Below are positions 26,244 to 38,682 of a stretch of DNA of 60,000 bases, in pieces. The stretch spans positions 68,140,001 to 68,200,000 of the forward strand of contig NC_045696.1 of assembly GCF_009834535.1 (NCBI RefSeq), written 5' to 3'. Each line of letters starts with the position of its first letter. Positions within the stretch are counted from its first letter, which is position 1. A program made the position numbers and the translations under genes. The DNA comes from Camelus ferus (taxonomy: Eukaryota). The notes beneath the pieces are model-generated. The model was not told where the DNA came from. It saw only the letters and a program-made list of their open reading frames with translations, and searched no databases.

Positions 26244-26389
26244 AAAAAAAAATTTTGTGGCCATTTCATTTTTATTTTTAGTGGAGGGGAAAGTAGTTAG
26301 ATATTTATTTATTTATTTATTTAACAGAGGTACTGGGGTTGAACCCAGGATCTTGTGCACGCTCTGCCACTGAGCTATACCCTCCTCCT
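26244..26389 (-). mobile_element. Vic-1-like SINE (copy 2) with an internal deletion
   Basis: reverse complement ggagggtatagctcagtggcagagcgtgcacaagatcctgggttcaaccccagtacctc; TSD gctcaagtcctttaa (26227) / gctaaagtcctttaa (26390). Confidence 0.9.
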
Positions 26390-27284
26390 GCTAAAGTCCT
26401 TTAAATTGTACTCTAAATATTTGTACCAAGTTATCCAAGGATTAGGGTTGAGTAAGGAGAGAGAGATTTATAACCTTATGTAATGGGGATCGCATAGCCA
26501 GATCCGTGTCAATTGAACACATCTGAGATTAAAAATTCCTAGAGGCTTGTAGATGAACAAGGTGTAAGAAATGAAAGGTGGGAGGCAAAAAAATTTCATA
26601 TTCAACTTCCACGGTCAGAAAAAAAGTATTTTTTCCCCTTGGTTATATTGTATTCACTCAAATGTGCTATTGCAGGGCAGAGATAAAAATTAATAGCTTT
26701 GTTTCCTGTGATCTCTTTATCAGTCGAAGTACAGGACTGTGGCTCTCAGTAATTTTAATGGAAAAACTGAAGTTGTATTATCAGGTGATAAGGCTGTGTC
26801 AGGTGTTATTTTATTCTGTTATCTCCCTAGTTCAAGGTGAGGTGTTCTAGCCCTGATGGATGAACAGGGCTGCCGTGACTGTGATGTTCCCTGTGCCTTG
26901 ACCTCACTCCACCATTTAAGATAATGGTGGCAGGTGAGAGAGGACTCTGGGGCCAGCTGAATCTGAGCACAGGTCCCAGGGGAGGCTGTGACAGCTGGGG
27001 TCCTTGTCGTCGGAGGCTGGGGCAGGTAACTTGAGAGTGCTGCAGACTCCGTCACATGGCCCAGGTCACCTACCTTGCAGAAGCTTTCATGACTTCTTAA
27101 GGAGAATTTATTCAGGGAGCACCAACTGGTGATCTCGGATGTTTCCGGCGGAATATATGATAGGCAGGCAAAGATGAGTCATGCCGGTTCCTGCAACCCT
27201 AGGGAAGCTCCTGCCAACAGAGGGCTGCAAGTTTTGTCACATCCTCCTGCTCTGGGCTTCCAGGGCACATCTACCTAGCCGTAC

Positions 27285-27455
27285 TCTGGCTTCTGTCACC
27301 GGGTGTAGCCATTTATTTGTCTGCATGACTGTTTGCTCCCCTGTTAGAATGCAAGTTGCTCTGGGGCAGAGACCAGATCTTAGATGTGGTCTCTAGTGAA
27401 ATCTCAGTGACAGCTGAAATGTAATCAGGGTTTGTGTACTAAGTTTATGTATGAG
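27285..27455 (+). mobile_element. LINE-2 3' fragment
   Basis: tttgtctgcatgactgtttgctcccctgttagaatgcaagttgctctggggcagagacc. Confidence 0.65.
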
Positions 27456-28449
27456 CACATTCATTTATTCATCTGTTCATTCATTTGTTCATCATCCAAT
27501 GCCCAGTTGCTAATTTCCGTTATGTAACTACCTCTAGTCAGGCCTCTTACTGATATCAGAGGTCTAAAAAAGGAGTGGCTTTGCTCTGAGTGTCAGGTTT
27601 GGCTCATGGAGGACAGAGGAACCTCCTGCCCTAGCTCCCTGGTCACGTGTAAAGAAGCCCCTGGCTTCTCGTCATTTGTCAGCCCTCGCGGCAATTCAGA
27701 GCTGGTTGTGAACAAGACCCCCTCAGGTGTTGTAAAATGAGTGCTTGCTACCCATGGGACAGGCTGGGTTCTGACTGCCATAGTTCTGCCACTTCTCAGA
27801 TGGGCGAGAAGGGACAGGTGGCGTCCCCTCCCTGAGTCTCAGTTACTTCATCTGGGAAACGGGGGTAATACAACTTGGTCTTTCCTTCTTCACAAGGCTT
27901 TAGAAAGAGTCATGGGTGTGACTAATAAAAGTGCACCAGAGAGAGCAAAGATTATTACAAAATAAGACAAATCCCTCTTCACTCTACCCGGGGACCCATC
28001 ATGTGCTTTGGGAAAAAAAGCTTTCCATAGGCATACACCCTGCATTGCTTTTTGTGTTTAGCATAATTATTTCTTCTCTTTATTATGTTTCTGACACCCT
28101 GTAGGAGTGGCTTGGCAAGCAATGGAACCAACCCCCAAACTGCCATCCTCGGACAGCATCCAATTTCACTGGAAGCCCACATGGAGCTCAAGAAGAGTGC
28201 ATCCTCAGCAGGGGCTTTCTTACGGGGATTTTATGGTCGTTGGCTAGAAAGCCAAAGGAAGTCTTCCGGCCTGAGTGGCTCAGCCCTAGAAGCGTCTCAG
28301 TGCCTGCTAAAATCAAGGGGCGTGCCGAAGCAAGGAAGGCGCAGGAGACCATCCGAGATGAAAGACAGCATCTGCCAAGACACAGTTTCAGCCTCCTCTG
28401 CTCACTCCTGCTGGAACGGAGTTGAAATAATGGTATCTCCTTTCAGTTG

Positions 28450-28605
28450 GTCAGAGTCCTAGAGCCCTGGGTCCTAGAAATGAATCTGCAGGAGTGATCT
28501 TGGACAAGTCCTTGGCCTGTTCAGTTTTCCAGGCTCTCATCTGTCAAATGAGCAAGCTGATTAATTCCCAGGGTCCCTGCTAGCTCTGACATGTAATGAT
28601 TCTAT
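28450..28605 (+). mobile_element. MIR/MIR3 SINE
   Basis: gtgatcttggacaagtcc...ctcatctgtcaaatgag...gggtccctgctagctctgacatgtaatgattcta. Confidence 0.7.
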
Positions 28606-29217
28606 AATATCCAACAGTTTTATGATTCCTGGATACTCTGAGTTGAATTTACAGCCATGTAGCCCTTGTCTTAACAAGTCCTCCAATGTACTTCTGACCC
28701 CTGTCTCTACATAAGGACCCACTTATTCATCAGCAGGGCCTGGGGACCAACAGGAGCAGGCCTTCTCCTCCAGGGCCTGACCTTGCATTACTATTGACTG
28801 CTGTCGGGTTTAAGCTGAATATTGGACCAGGAGGCAGAACTTGGGTTCTAGGCTAGATCAACTGTGACTCACTTAATCCCTTTAAGGCGCATCTCCAGTG
28901 AATTCCTTTTTGTGAAGGTTTCCCAGATTCCCATCCAGAAGATTCTGTTCCTTCCCTGTTCTCTTCTTAGTCTGTGAGGGTGGTGGGGGCTGGCGCCGTC
29001 ATCTAGCTTCCCACAGATCCCGGGAGAATTTTGTACATGGTCAGTGCTCAGTAAACATGAATCAGCGGCCTGAGGAATTTGAGGCTGAGATTTGAATTAG
29101 ATAGGGATTTAGACTGACAGATAGAACAAACACATTTCTGTGTGATCTCCTTGGTGCTTGGTTAATGATCCCTTGAGTCCAGAGAACTATTTAGGTAGTT
29201 ATGAGAGTAAGGAGGGA

Positions 29218-29680
29218 GTAGATAGAATTATTTGGTTGTAAGTGACAAAAGCCCAATTCACACTGGCTAAAGCAAAAATGGGGTGCTTCTTGGGGGCAGA
29301 TCTGGCTTCTGGTTTGACAGTCAAGGCACAGGTACTATTGTCGGCTCCTGCTCCCGGGCTCTCATCTTTGCTTCCTTCCCTGTTGGTTCTGTGCTCAGAC
29401 ACACCCCCCATGGTGGCAATATGGCCAGTAGCAACCCCAGGGAAAATGAATCCTCAGCTTTTCCAAAAGAGTGCTGGGCCTATCTCTCAAAGCTTATTAT
29501 TAGTTAACAATACTTGTAGCCAAAGACAAAGTGGCTTCTGACGGACTTTGGTCTAATTCCATTCCTGGAGTTGGGGGAGATCTAGGGGCTGAGCTGGGGG
29601 GAGGGTGTACCTAAAGGGAAAGGCAGTGGTGCTGTAACCAGAAGAAATGGAATTGATGCTTATGGCAAAACCAATGAAGT
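29218..29680 (-). mobile_element. MLT1 (K/L-like) solo LTR
   Basis: ttatttggttgtaagtgacaaaagcccaattcacactggctaaagcaaaa...ggtgctgtaaccagaagaaatgg. Confidence 0.7.
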
Positions 29681-31169
29681 GTGTCTTCAAAATATTCCCA
29701 GCGTTTCAAAAGCCTAATAGAAACAGTCTATTAGTCCTAGACACTAATGAAAATGTCATTTTTTTTGCCTTTGTCTGAAATTAGATCAGCTCAGTTCGAA
29801 AACACTGGAAATCTCTTATGGACTGGAAGCCCTTTGCCTCGCAAAGAATGGAAAGGAAAGTTGATTTCTGGCATACCCCATTTAATGACTGATTCGTGTT
29901 AACCTTAATTACTGTGAACTGTTTTCCTTGACACGTATATTCTACATGTATCATAAATAGCTTTACCTGGGGTGGAGGGCTGATGTGTGCTCTCAGCCGG
30001 TAAAAGCTGAATAAGCCTGACTTGCTCTTTCAGCCAGTGCTGACTGGCTGCCCTGCCCCGCAGGTGGCTCTCAGTCAACGGGCACTCCACCGGCACTTTG
30101 AGAACTGAGAGTTGTTGACAAAATTTCTTTCCCTCTCTGTGGCCCTCTCTTCCTGCCATATGTGTTGTGTTCTGGTCAACGCTTTGCCATGAGAGTATAA
30201 TTATTGGAGGAAGAAAGTTGAGTAATGCACTGGAGCTTAAAATGCAAGATGCAAGAGGTCTTCAAAGAAAGTGTCCAGAATCTAGATGTAGAAGCAACTA
30301 GGTAACTGTGGAAATCTTTTGACCTTAGGGAGGGCCTGAGCACATCTGAGCCCAGGGGGTAAAACCTTGTAATTACAGGTAGGAGAAGCCATGGCCAGAG
30401 CAAGTCATAGCTTGAGGGCATTGGAAGGAACCAGAAGACCCACTGCTTAGGAGAGCCCGAAGCTGGGGACAAGCTCCTCTTCTGGCCAAGCGACAATATT
30501 TTGCTCTCCAATTTTGAAGATTTACAAATGTTAAAGAAAGATTTTGTAACTGCTTCATGTAATCATTAGAATATCTTAAGGAAGGAAAAAGAACATTTCT
30601 GCCTAGCATCCCTTACCTTTAAGGGACTCACTCTCTGCTCAGGTTTTGTTCTTTTCTCCGTAGTTCAAGTGGATTCATCTGGAGCACCATCCTGCCTAGT
30701 GGGCTGTAGATCTGAGGCAGGGACAGGGGTCTAGAGAAGCAAGCACTTCCTGGACGTTCCTGCCTGTGGTCTGGCAGAGAGTTGGGGAGGCACCATCCGA
30801 GGACCTGCAGTGGTGAAAAGGAGAGCAAGTCACAGAGAGGAGGCTGTGGATAGCATGCAGCAGGGAAGAACTAGTGGGGAACCCCTGAACCCGTCCATGG
30901 TTCACATGGAGCTCTGTGTGAACCAGTACCTGTATTTGAGTTAAATGCTCCTATGAGTACGTGGCCTCTCTGGGCTACCAAGTTCACCCAGAGCAAGGCA
31001 GGGATCCGGCCCATTCGTTCTCAAGTCATGAGATCTCCACTGCCTGAATCAGGAAGCCGTTTTAGAGATGATCCTTGCCCAGTATCCTCATTCCACAGAT
31101 GGGGACATTGAGGCTCAGGGAGAAGAAGATGTGCCCACAGCAGTTAGAATTTTGGTATGTTTGTTCTGC

Positions 31170-31337
31170 CATCTACTTCTATCAGGATCAAGTAGGAGTG
31201 CTGGTTAAAATGTGGATTCCTGGGAGCCGAGTCGGACTTATGAGATTAGATGCTCCGGAAGTGCACCTAGGAATCTGCATTTTAGCAAGTATACCAGGTG
31301 ATTCCTAGACACTCCAAATTTGAGAAGAGCTGGTCTA
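31170..31337. mobile_element. MER5A-like hAT MITE, apparently inside a MIR at ~31050-31160
   Basis: ttaaaatgtggattcctggg...cctaggaatctgcattttagcaagtataccaggtgattcctagacactccaaatttgagaagagctg. Confidence 0.85.
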
Positions 31338-32601
31338 GATTCAGCATGGACCCTGCAGAAGGACTCCTGGCTCCAGGCTCAGTGCTGACCCTGGAGGACT
31401 GCCAAAGCTGGTGACTGTGGAGAAGGACTGATCCAGGAGAGTGAACTGGGGAGCTACCAAGAGTGAGGCTGTGTCTCCATTCTTCCTGCAATTTGAGGAG
31501 GCCTGGTTGCCTTTTTTTCAGACGAGTTAAAAAAAAAAGAAATTAACCAAATGGTTCCGTTTGCCTATCCGGCACCATGATGTTTAAATGAATGTGTCTT
31601 GAAACTGTTACTCCCTAAACTTTAACTGATCATTTGACAGATGAAAAAAGCTCACAAAGTCCTCCTCTCTTTTTTAAGTTAATAGCTCCTCTTTAGTCTC
31701 CAATACTGCATGTGTAACAGTTTAACAGATTGGCACGCAGCCTTCTAGGGCGTTCACATCTAAAACAAGCTGAAATTGCTGAAAACTGCAAGAGATGATC
31801 TGTAAATCTTAACTACAAAGATTAAAATGAAAAGAATCAATCCTTTTTGTTGTTTTTACAATGACTTAGCTCTTTACTGATAGTTAAAACAATAGTTACC
31901 TCTTGCTATAAAGTGGTGTGCATTGTCTTACATTTTACTATGTGAAGACTTGTCTTAGCATTTTAAGCCGGATTACTTTGGGATGTCCTAGGACCTCAGT
32001 ATGACTAGAAGCTAGTTTCTAAAATTTTAATTTTCAACTATAAAAAGTTAATAAAGAGTTCACCAAGTTACTAATAAAGATTAAACAAAAGAAGAAGTTT
32101 TTTTTTTTTTCCTTTAAAAACTCAGCTTGTATGTACATGCTGCTTTAAAACATTTGACTGGGATTCAGGACAGAGATCCGATGCCGGCTCTGCTCTACAT
32201 ATGCTGTGCCAAGCTGGACAAGGCACTACCCTCCTCTGGGCTCAGTTCCTCCTTCCATAGTTTAAGAGGGTCAGACAGGTGATTTCTGAAGATCTCTCCA
32301 GCTCTGAATGTTTCAGGATAAAGTACCCAAGAGGGTGATGAAATGCCCCACAGTGTGGGAGGGAACAAATATGTCATGATTTTGTTCCAATTTAATCTGT
32401 TTCACATTTAGTGTGGTCCAATCTGAGGCAGGTCCTCCGTGGAACACAGATGACTCACTTCCTGTCCTAAGTGGGGCCTTCTCTGAGGTGTGGAACGGAT
32501 CCTTCCTTTAGACATCAAGCCAGACAAGGGGATCAAGTCTGTGGGCCTCTGGACAAATTCAGCATGCTCTTTATCTGTCTAAAATTAAACCTGGTAATCA
32601 G

Positions 32602-32643
32602 CACACACACACACACACATGCACTCGCACACATGCACACACA
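32602..32643. repeat. Imperfect (AC)n microsatellite
   Basis: cacacacacacacacacatgcactcgcacacatgcacacaca. Confidence 0.9.
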
Positions 32644-33017
32644 GGCATATAAGGACACAACAGTTTAGAAGGTAGGTGTTCCTGAAAAGGGTGCCCTTCA
32701 AGTTTTTATGAGCACAAGCGCAACTGAAATGAAGATTAGGGCAAACATTTTGTCAAATGACAGATACCTTTTGTGTAAGTAATTATGAAGGCTGGAAAAG
32801 CCCAGCATATTTATCACCTCGTCCAGGGAGCCTTCCCTGACTGCTACTGACTCCTGGTGCCTTCACTCATCTGCCCTCCCACTGAATCCCGCTTTGCTTT
32901 AAGAGCTGGGCCTGCATAAGAAGGTATAAAATCACACTCTTAAAGCTACAGACTCCTAAAATGTTAGCGCCAAAAGGGAATTTTGAAATGTCAGATCTCT
33001 TCACTTCACCTTTATCG

Positions 33018-33705
33018 TTCAATTTATTCATCCATTCACTTAACAAGTATTTACTTAGCGACTACTAGGTGTTAAGCACTGCGCTAGGCAGAATACATAG
33101 TGCAAAAACAAGGCATAAAAGGTTCCTACTCTCACGGAATTTACATTTTGTATGTGCAGGGAAGGCGAGTCATAAGCAAATAAGGGAAGTCTGTGATAAT
33201 TAATAGGCTGATGGAATGAGGAATTACCAGTCAGGGAGGGAGAGCTACTTTAGACGGGATAGGCAGAGAAGACTTCTGTATGGTGACATTTAAACAGGTA
33301 TCTGAAGAATGAGAAGGAGCTATTGATGGTAAGAGCTTAGGGATGGAGAGAAAAAGTAGCTGGTGAAGGTGGATGCTGAGGAAGAGTTGAGAGGAGAGAT
33401 GGGTCAAGAAAGGTGTGGGACTAGGATGGCTGCCATGGGATGCAGGGAAGTGGGTGGTTTCAAATAAATTTTGGAGGTAGACACCGGGCTTGTTTCTGGA
33501 TTCATCAAAGGGGTTGGGAAAGGGATCAAGGGTGACACCTTATCTTTAGCCTGAGAACTGGGAGGAAGGCTACATGGAGATGGGAAGATTGAAGGAATAC
33601 AATCCTGCTTTCGCAAGAAATCCAAGAAACCTATTTTGGCTGTAGTGAGTTTGATTTTCTTATATAGATATTCTTAATAGACATTCTAGCAGAGATGTTG
33701 GAAAA
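33018..33705 (-). mobile_element. LINE-2 (3' end and body)
   Basis: atttattcatccattcacttaacaagtatttacttagcgactactaggtgttaagcactgcgctagg...ggtgacatttaaacag...ttttggaggtag. Confidence 0.85.
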
Positions 33706-33741
33706 GGCATTGATTCTTCTTGAAAGGCCCTCTAACTATTT

Positions 33742-33922
33742 TTTTTAAATGAGTGCATCTGGGTTGTTTTGTTATTGTTGTTTCTTTATTATCGTTTTTA
33801 AATTTTATTTTTAGTGGGGAGGTAATTAGGTTTATTTATTTATTTAACGGAGGCACTGGGGATTGAACTCAGGACCTTGTGCAAGCTAAGCAGGCACTCT
33901 ACCTCTGAGCTACACCCTCCCC
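33742..33922 (-). mobile_element. Vic-1-like SINE (copy 3) with an extended tail
   Basis: reverse complement ggggagggtgtagctcagaggtagagtgcctgcttagcttgcacaaggtcctgagttcaatccccagtgcctcc; TSD ccctctaactattt (33728) / ccctctaattattt (33932). Confidence 0.92.
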
Positions 33923-34457
33923 GCAGAAACACCCTCTAATTATTTCTAAGGTGTTAGCTTTTATCTCCTGAATTAGACCAAAATTCTTCCAAAGGCAGGT
34001 AGGCTCATATTTCATATTTCTTATGTCTCCTCCATAGAGTTCTGAGTGAGAGGAAAGTAACACAATTCTGACACTTCTCATGTTCTGGGATTAGATAGAT
34101 CTGGTGTGCTGAGTCTGCTTGCACTGTCTCCCAAGAGACACCTGCTAACATTTCAGAAATATTGGGGGTTGACAGTTAAAGTATCCTTGCATTAGGCTAT
34201 GGCAGTTTCTCACACATGGAATTTGGCAAACCATAACAATCAGGACTGTTTTTGTCACAGAGTCAGGTTACCAGTACATCTCAGTAAGACCCTAGAGTTA
34301 CCAACCAAATGCCCTTTGAGGACAGGAAGTAACCTGTATAAGTGATTTGTCCAGATCTAGAAATATTTCTCTTGATGAAATACCAAAGCATGCTGTCCCC
34401 TTGCTAGGCTGAAATTAAAACTTAAGGAAGCCCAGAAACTTAACTGTCTCAATATTA

Positions 34458-34565
34458 AAATATATATATATTCAGGTTTATATACATATATACACAATAT
34501 ATATAGTATATATATATAAATACATATATACTATATATATATTATATATGTATATTACAATATAT
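34458..34565. repeat. (TA)n-rich low-complexity tract
   Basis: tatatacatatatacacaatatatatagtatatatatataaatacatatatactatatatatattatatatgtata. Confidence 0.9.
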
Positions 34566-35679
34566 TCAGCTCCCTTCTCCCTCTCTCCCATAAATATTTT
34601 AAAATTTGGATGATAGGAAAAGCCATGATGGACTTTATACAGTCTGCCTTGAGATGAAGCCAAATTTTCCCCTCTATTTAGGGAGTGATACATCCCCTCT
34701 AAAAGAGGAAGCTCTAAGATGTCAGTTGCCATTGTAGAGGTTCCAGCCCAGTGTTGCTACATCTTTTGCTTTTTCAAGAGAAACCAGAAGTCTGAGTTTT
34801 AATGAGAAGCTTCCCAGCTGCTAAAAGTTGACTAAATTTTTTTTTTTTTTTGAAAAAGCACTGTGGGCCAAAAAAGAAAAAACAAAACAAACAAACAAAC
34901 AAAAAACACTTGCACGGTCTTCATCGGGCCCCAGGGCTGCCAGTGTGCAAATCTATTTGAACTTATAGATGGTCATCCATCTGGGGGAAGGGAGAGCCCC
35001 CTGCCCCGAATATGCCCGAAGTCAACTTTCCCGTCAACCCCTGGCATGTGGCATTTAGACATCAAATTTATTTGATTAGGAAACGTTGTTTAAGTGATGT
35101 GCATGCATGGTGGAGCAAGTGCACATTGGTTAGATTTGTTCTTCCTGCTTGGCTGTGGGCTCCCCTAGGTAAGCACCATGATAGTATCTTGGTGTCCTCC
35201 AAAGCATGGCGTCCTGAGGACAGTAAATAGGGGCTTGCTATGGAAGGAGCCTTGCAGACACTTGCTCAGTCTCTTGAAGAAATTGGTGCCCAAAGAGATG
35301 AAGTCACTTGTCCTGGGCCTCAGGAGTGAATTAGTAAAGAACTAGAACCAGAACCCAGATCTCTAAACAGAGGATCCTGGGGCTGGAAAGGACCTGGGGT
35401 TTTCAGGAAATATTTGCTGAACTGATGAGTATGTAAAATAGTGACAGAAAGTTCAAGTGAATGTATGAACTGAGTGAACACAATCTGAAATGACCAGCTG
35501 GATTTATGGAATGCAGTTTAAAGTAAGGATCACGTGACCTGGGACTTGGTTTTAGTTTTTCTACTCATGATCATGTTGCCTCAGGCATGTCCTTTATCCT
35601 CTCTGGTCCTTGACTTCTTTTTTAATCTATAGGCTGTCTTATAATCTCAGTGTTATTTCAAAAATTGTAAACTAATAGC

Positions 35680-35905
35680 AATAGTCAAAATCATTGAGTG
35701 CTGCATGCCAGCCATTGGGCTAAATGCTTTACATGAATTTTGTCCATGATTATTATAATAGTTCTCTGAAGTGAGCACTGTTTTTATTACCTCCATTTCA
35801 TTGATGAAGAAACTGATGCACAATATTATAATTAATCTGTCCAAGTACATAAAATTTGTAAGTAAACAGCAGATGAGATTTGAAGCTAGGCATTATGCTC
35901 TGGAT
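35680..35905 (-). mobile_element. MIR SINE
   Basis: cattgagtgctgcatgccagccattgggctaaatgctttaca...catttcattgatgaagaaactgatgcac...gagatttgaagctagg. Confidence 0.8.
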
Positions 35906-36277
35906 TTATAATAGCAATAAACATACTTGTGAGAAATAAAAGGATGACACAAATGTATGACTAGAATGTTTTGGGGAACTTCAATGCCATGGCATTCCTA
36001 ATGCTCTTGGAAAAAATGATGTTCAGAGATGATACATTTTTTTCCTTTGTTTCACAGTGTAGAATTGACATTAGCATCAACCTGAGTATTGGAATAAGTG
36101 ACCTCCGGGGAACGTTTTAGGGTAACAGAGATCTGGTTTCCAGTCCTAGAACTCCTTTGGGTAACTTTGAGCAGATCCTCTCAGTTTCTCTATATATGCA
36201 CATGGACTCGAACACACTAGAAATTATTTCGGCTCTGATATTCAAAGGTTCTATAGGATTTGATAAGAAGCTAACAA

Positions 36278-36775
36278 GAGTCAGGATTATTTTGGTTGCA
36301 AATTACAGAAACCAAACTCAAAGTAGCCCGAACCAAAGAGAGTATTTATGAACTCAGCAACAGAAAAGCCTGAGTAGTCAGTAGTCTAACTTGAGGCTTG
36401 GGTGTATCCAGGGGCTCAGATAATGTCGTCCGGGTTTCTTCTCTCCAGCTCTCTCCATGGTTGGGCAGGACGATCACCTGTAAGTCTCACATTTATCAAC
36501 TAAATAAAGCCAGTGGGAAAAAATAATCAACTTTCCTAAAAGCAGAAAAGTCAAAGTAAGGAGTTGGATTGATTTGCTTTGGTCTCATATTCACATTCGT
36601 CATGATTTTCATCTTCATATAATGACTCAGCTCAAGATATGTTTACCTCTTTGGCTATGTGGGAAGAATCTATCTCGTACATAGTACACGGGATGGATTT
36701 TCCACTGAATGAGAACTTTCTGCATGAAAGGAAAGAGAGAGGGTGCTGGGCATGAAGCACAGAAGTTGACTCCAA
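36278..36775 (-). mobile_element. MLT1 (K/L-like) solo LTR
   Basis: gtcaggattatttttggttgcaaattacagaaaccaaactcaaagtagc...gtatccaggggctcagataatgtc. Confidence 0.75.
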
Positions 36776-37414
36776 CCAGCTTCATCCTCCCACTTAAGAG
36801 GAAGACTGACAGAATGGGTATTTTGGGTCTGAACTCTCAGCTCAGAATCTTATGATTCTGCTTACGCTGCTTATGCTCTGTTGTTGGTCTTCAGTATTAG
36901 AAACAAGTCATTGCTATATATGTCTCTTGGAAAGTTTCCCTCCATCTTCAGGGACATTTGGACTCAGTGACATCAACGAATGTCATAGAGTCGTTATTTT
37001 GCCCTGTAGTTACAGTTCCTTGGAGAAATACAGATAGCAATGATCTCAGCACAGGTAGTAAATTAGAAGATAAATGATCAGGCTTTGAGCAAAGTTTGCC
37101 AGAGCTGTATTCATTTATGAGGAATCAGCCAATTAGACCACTTGGCTAATGCTTCTGATTTAACCCGCCACCCCATGGTTGGTATTGGAGAGGGTGACCA
37201 GCCTCTTTGCCCCTTTTAGCCTGCACAAGTGGTTACCTGTGCTAATCAGCAGTGGGGCATAGGGGCAGAGGGCAACGGGGCAGGAAATATCCACCAGCAA
37301 GATATGACAGATGACAAAACCACTCCTTTTATGACTTCTTTGAGGCTGATGGACACAAAAGAATTTGATCAGTCTTCCACTCAAAAACACCTACACTTAC
37401 AGTTTGGATACTTC

Positions 37415-37590
37415 TAGTGTTTTAGAGCTGGGAGAATGTTTAGACACTACCCAAATACAACTCCTTTACTTTACAGATGAAGAAACTGAGGCCCAGAGAG
37501 GGGAAATAACTTGGTCAAAGCAGTACCGCTAAGGAGTCACTGAACCAGAACTTCAACCCAAGGCTTCTTATGCGTTTTCCAAGTGCTCCT
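37415..37590 (-). mobile_element. MIR SINE
   Basis: tttacagatgaagaaactgaggcccagagaggggaaataacttggtcaaag. Confidence 0.85.
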
Positions 37591-38179
37591 CCCCAAGTGG
37601 CAAGCTCTTTTTGGTTTGTCTTCAGGACTCTTGTAAACATTTTAAATTACGGAAGCTTTGCCCAGGAGGAAACTTCATTTAATTTTATCTTTGCTGGAAG
37701 TGCAGGAAGAAGATTAAGAAGTGTCTGTTGCAATGCCTTAGACCCGAAAATTCTCAACTCTCACTTCTCCAAGCTCAGGGAAGGAAGTAATAGTGTGGGG
37801 TTCCCCAACATTAGAAAATCAAAAAGAAATTCATGAATCTTTGAAGGGAAGAGATATAAGTTACGTTTACTTTCCTAAGTCTGTGTTTAGTTCATATCAG
37901 AAGAATGCTAAAGAAGGAGTTTGGGGACCTAACCTCTACTTGGTTGTGGATCTTGATGAGTAATCTTGGCCAGCTCATTGTCTCTGGGATTTGATTTCCT
38001 CATCTGTAAATTTAGCTGAGTCTTAAGGCCCTGATCAACCTCAGGCTTTAGGGAGGTCTAAAAACATTTCTATGCTTTGAGTATCATTGTTATGGATGGA
38101 GAAGGAACTTTGGCGATGGAAGGTAGCCAGTCTAAAGTCAGTCTGTATCTGCAAATTAATTGCCCTCCTTAGTTATCTG

Positions 38180-38390
38180 GCCTGGTGGGGCAAGAATAGG
38201 AGCCCGAGTCCAGGACCTGACTGTGCTTCCCTTTGCTCCATGAACTTGGGCAAGTCCTTAACTTTCTCTAGGCCTTTAAAAAATAACAAATCTCTAAAAT
38301 GGGTTTACCACTGTCGCAGGCTTGCCTCACAGGGCTGTTGCATGGAGATAAAGGATGTAGAAATGCTTGATGGTATGAAGCTCCTTTAGA
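38180..38390 (+). mobile_element. MIR SINE
   Basis: tgaacttgggcaagtccttaactttctctaggcct...ttgcctcacagggctgttgcatggagataaa. Confidence 0.7.
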
Positions 38391-38552
38391 CGTGTGACTG
38401 AGTTTGCCCTTGGTGACTGAAAACAGGGTAGAAACAGCCTGTAGATCTAGTCAAAATTTCAGTGTGGCCAAGATCCCACTGGTGGAACTGATTTTTTTTT
38501 TCAGGGTCATTTTGTTTTCCCAGTAATGGTGTACACTGAAACAGCGTTTAAT

Positions 38553-38682
38553 AAAATGTCCATATATCAAGTTTGCCTGGTACGGTCCTGTTTGCCATGG
38601 TCCTCCTGGTATAACTAGCAATCATTTTTCACTTTCAAAAGTGTCTCTATTTTTTTTGCAGTAAGTTACATTGTTACCCCCA
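38553..38682. mobile_element. MER81/MER94-like hAT-Blackjack MITE
   Basis: ccatatatcaagtttgcctggtacggtcctgttt...tttcactttcaaaagtgtc...ttgttaccc. Confidence 0.6.
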
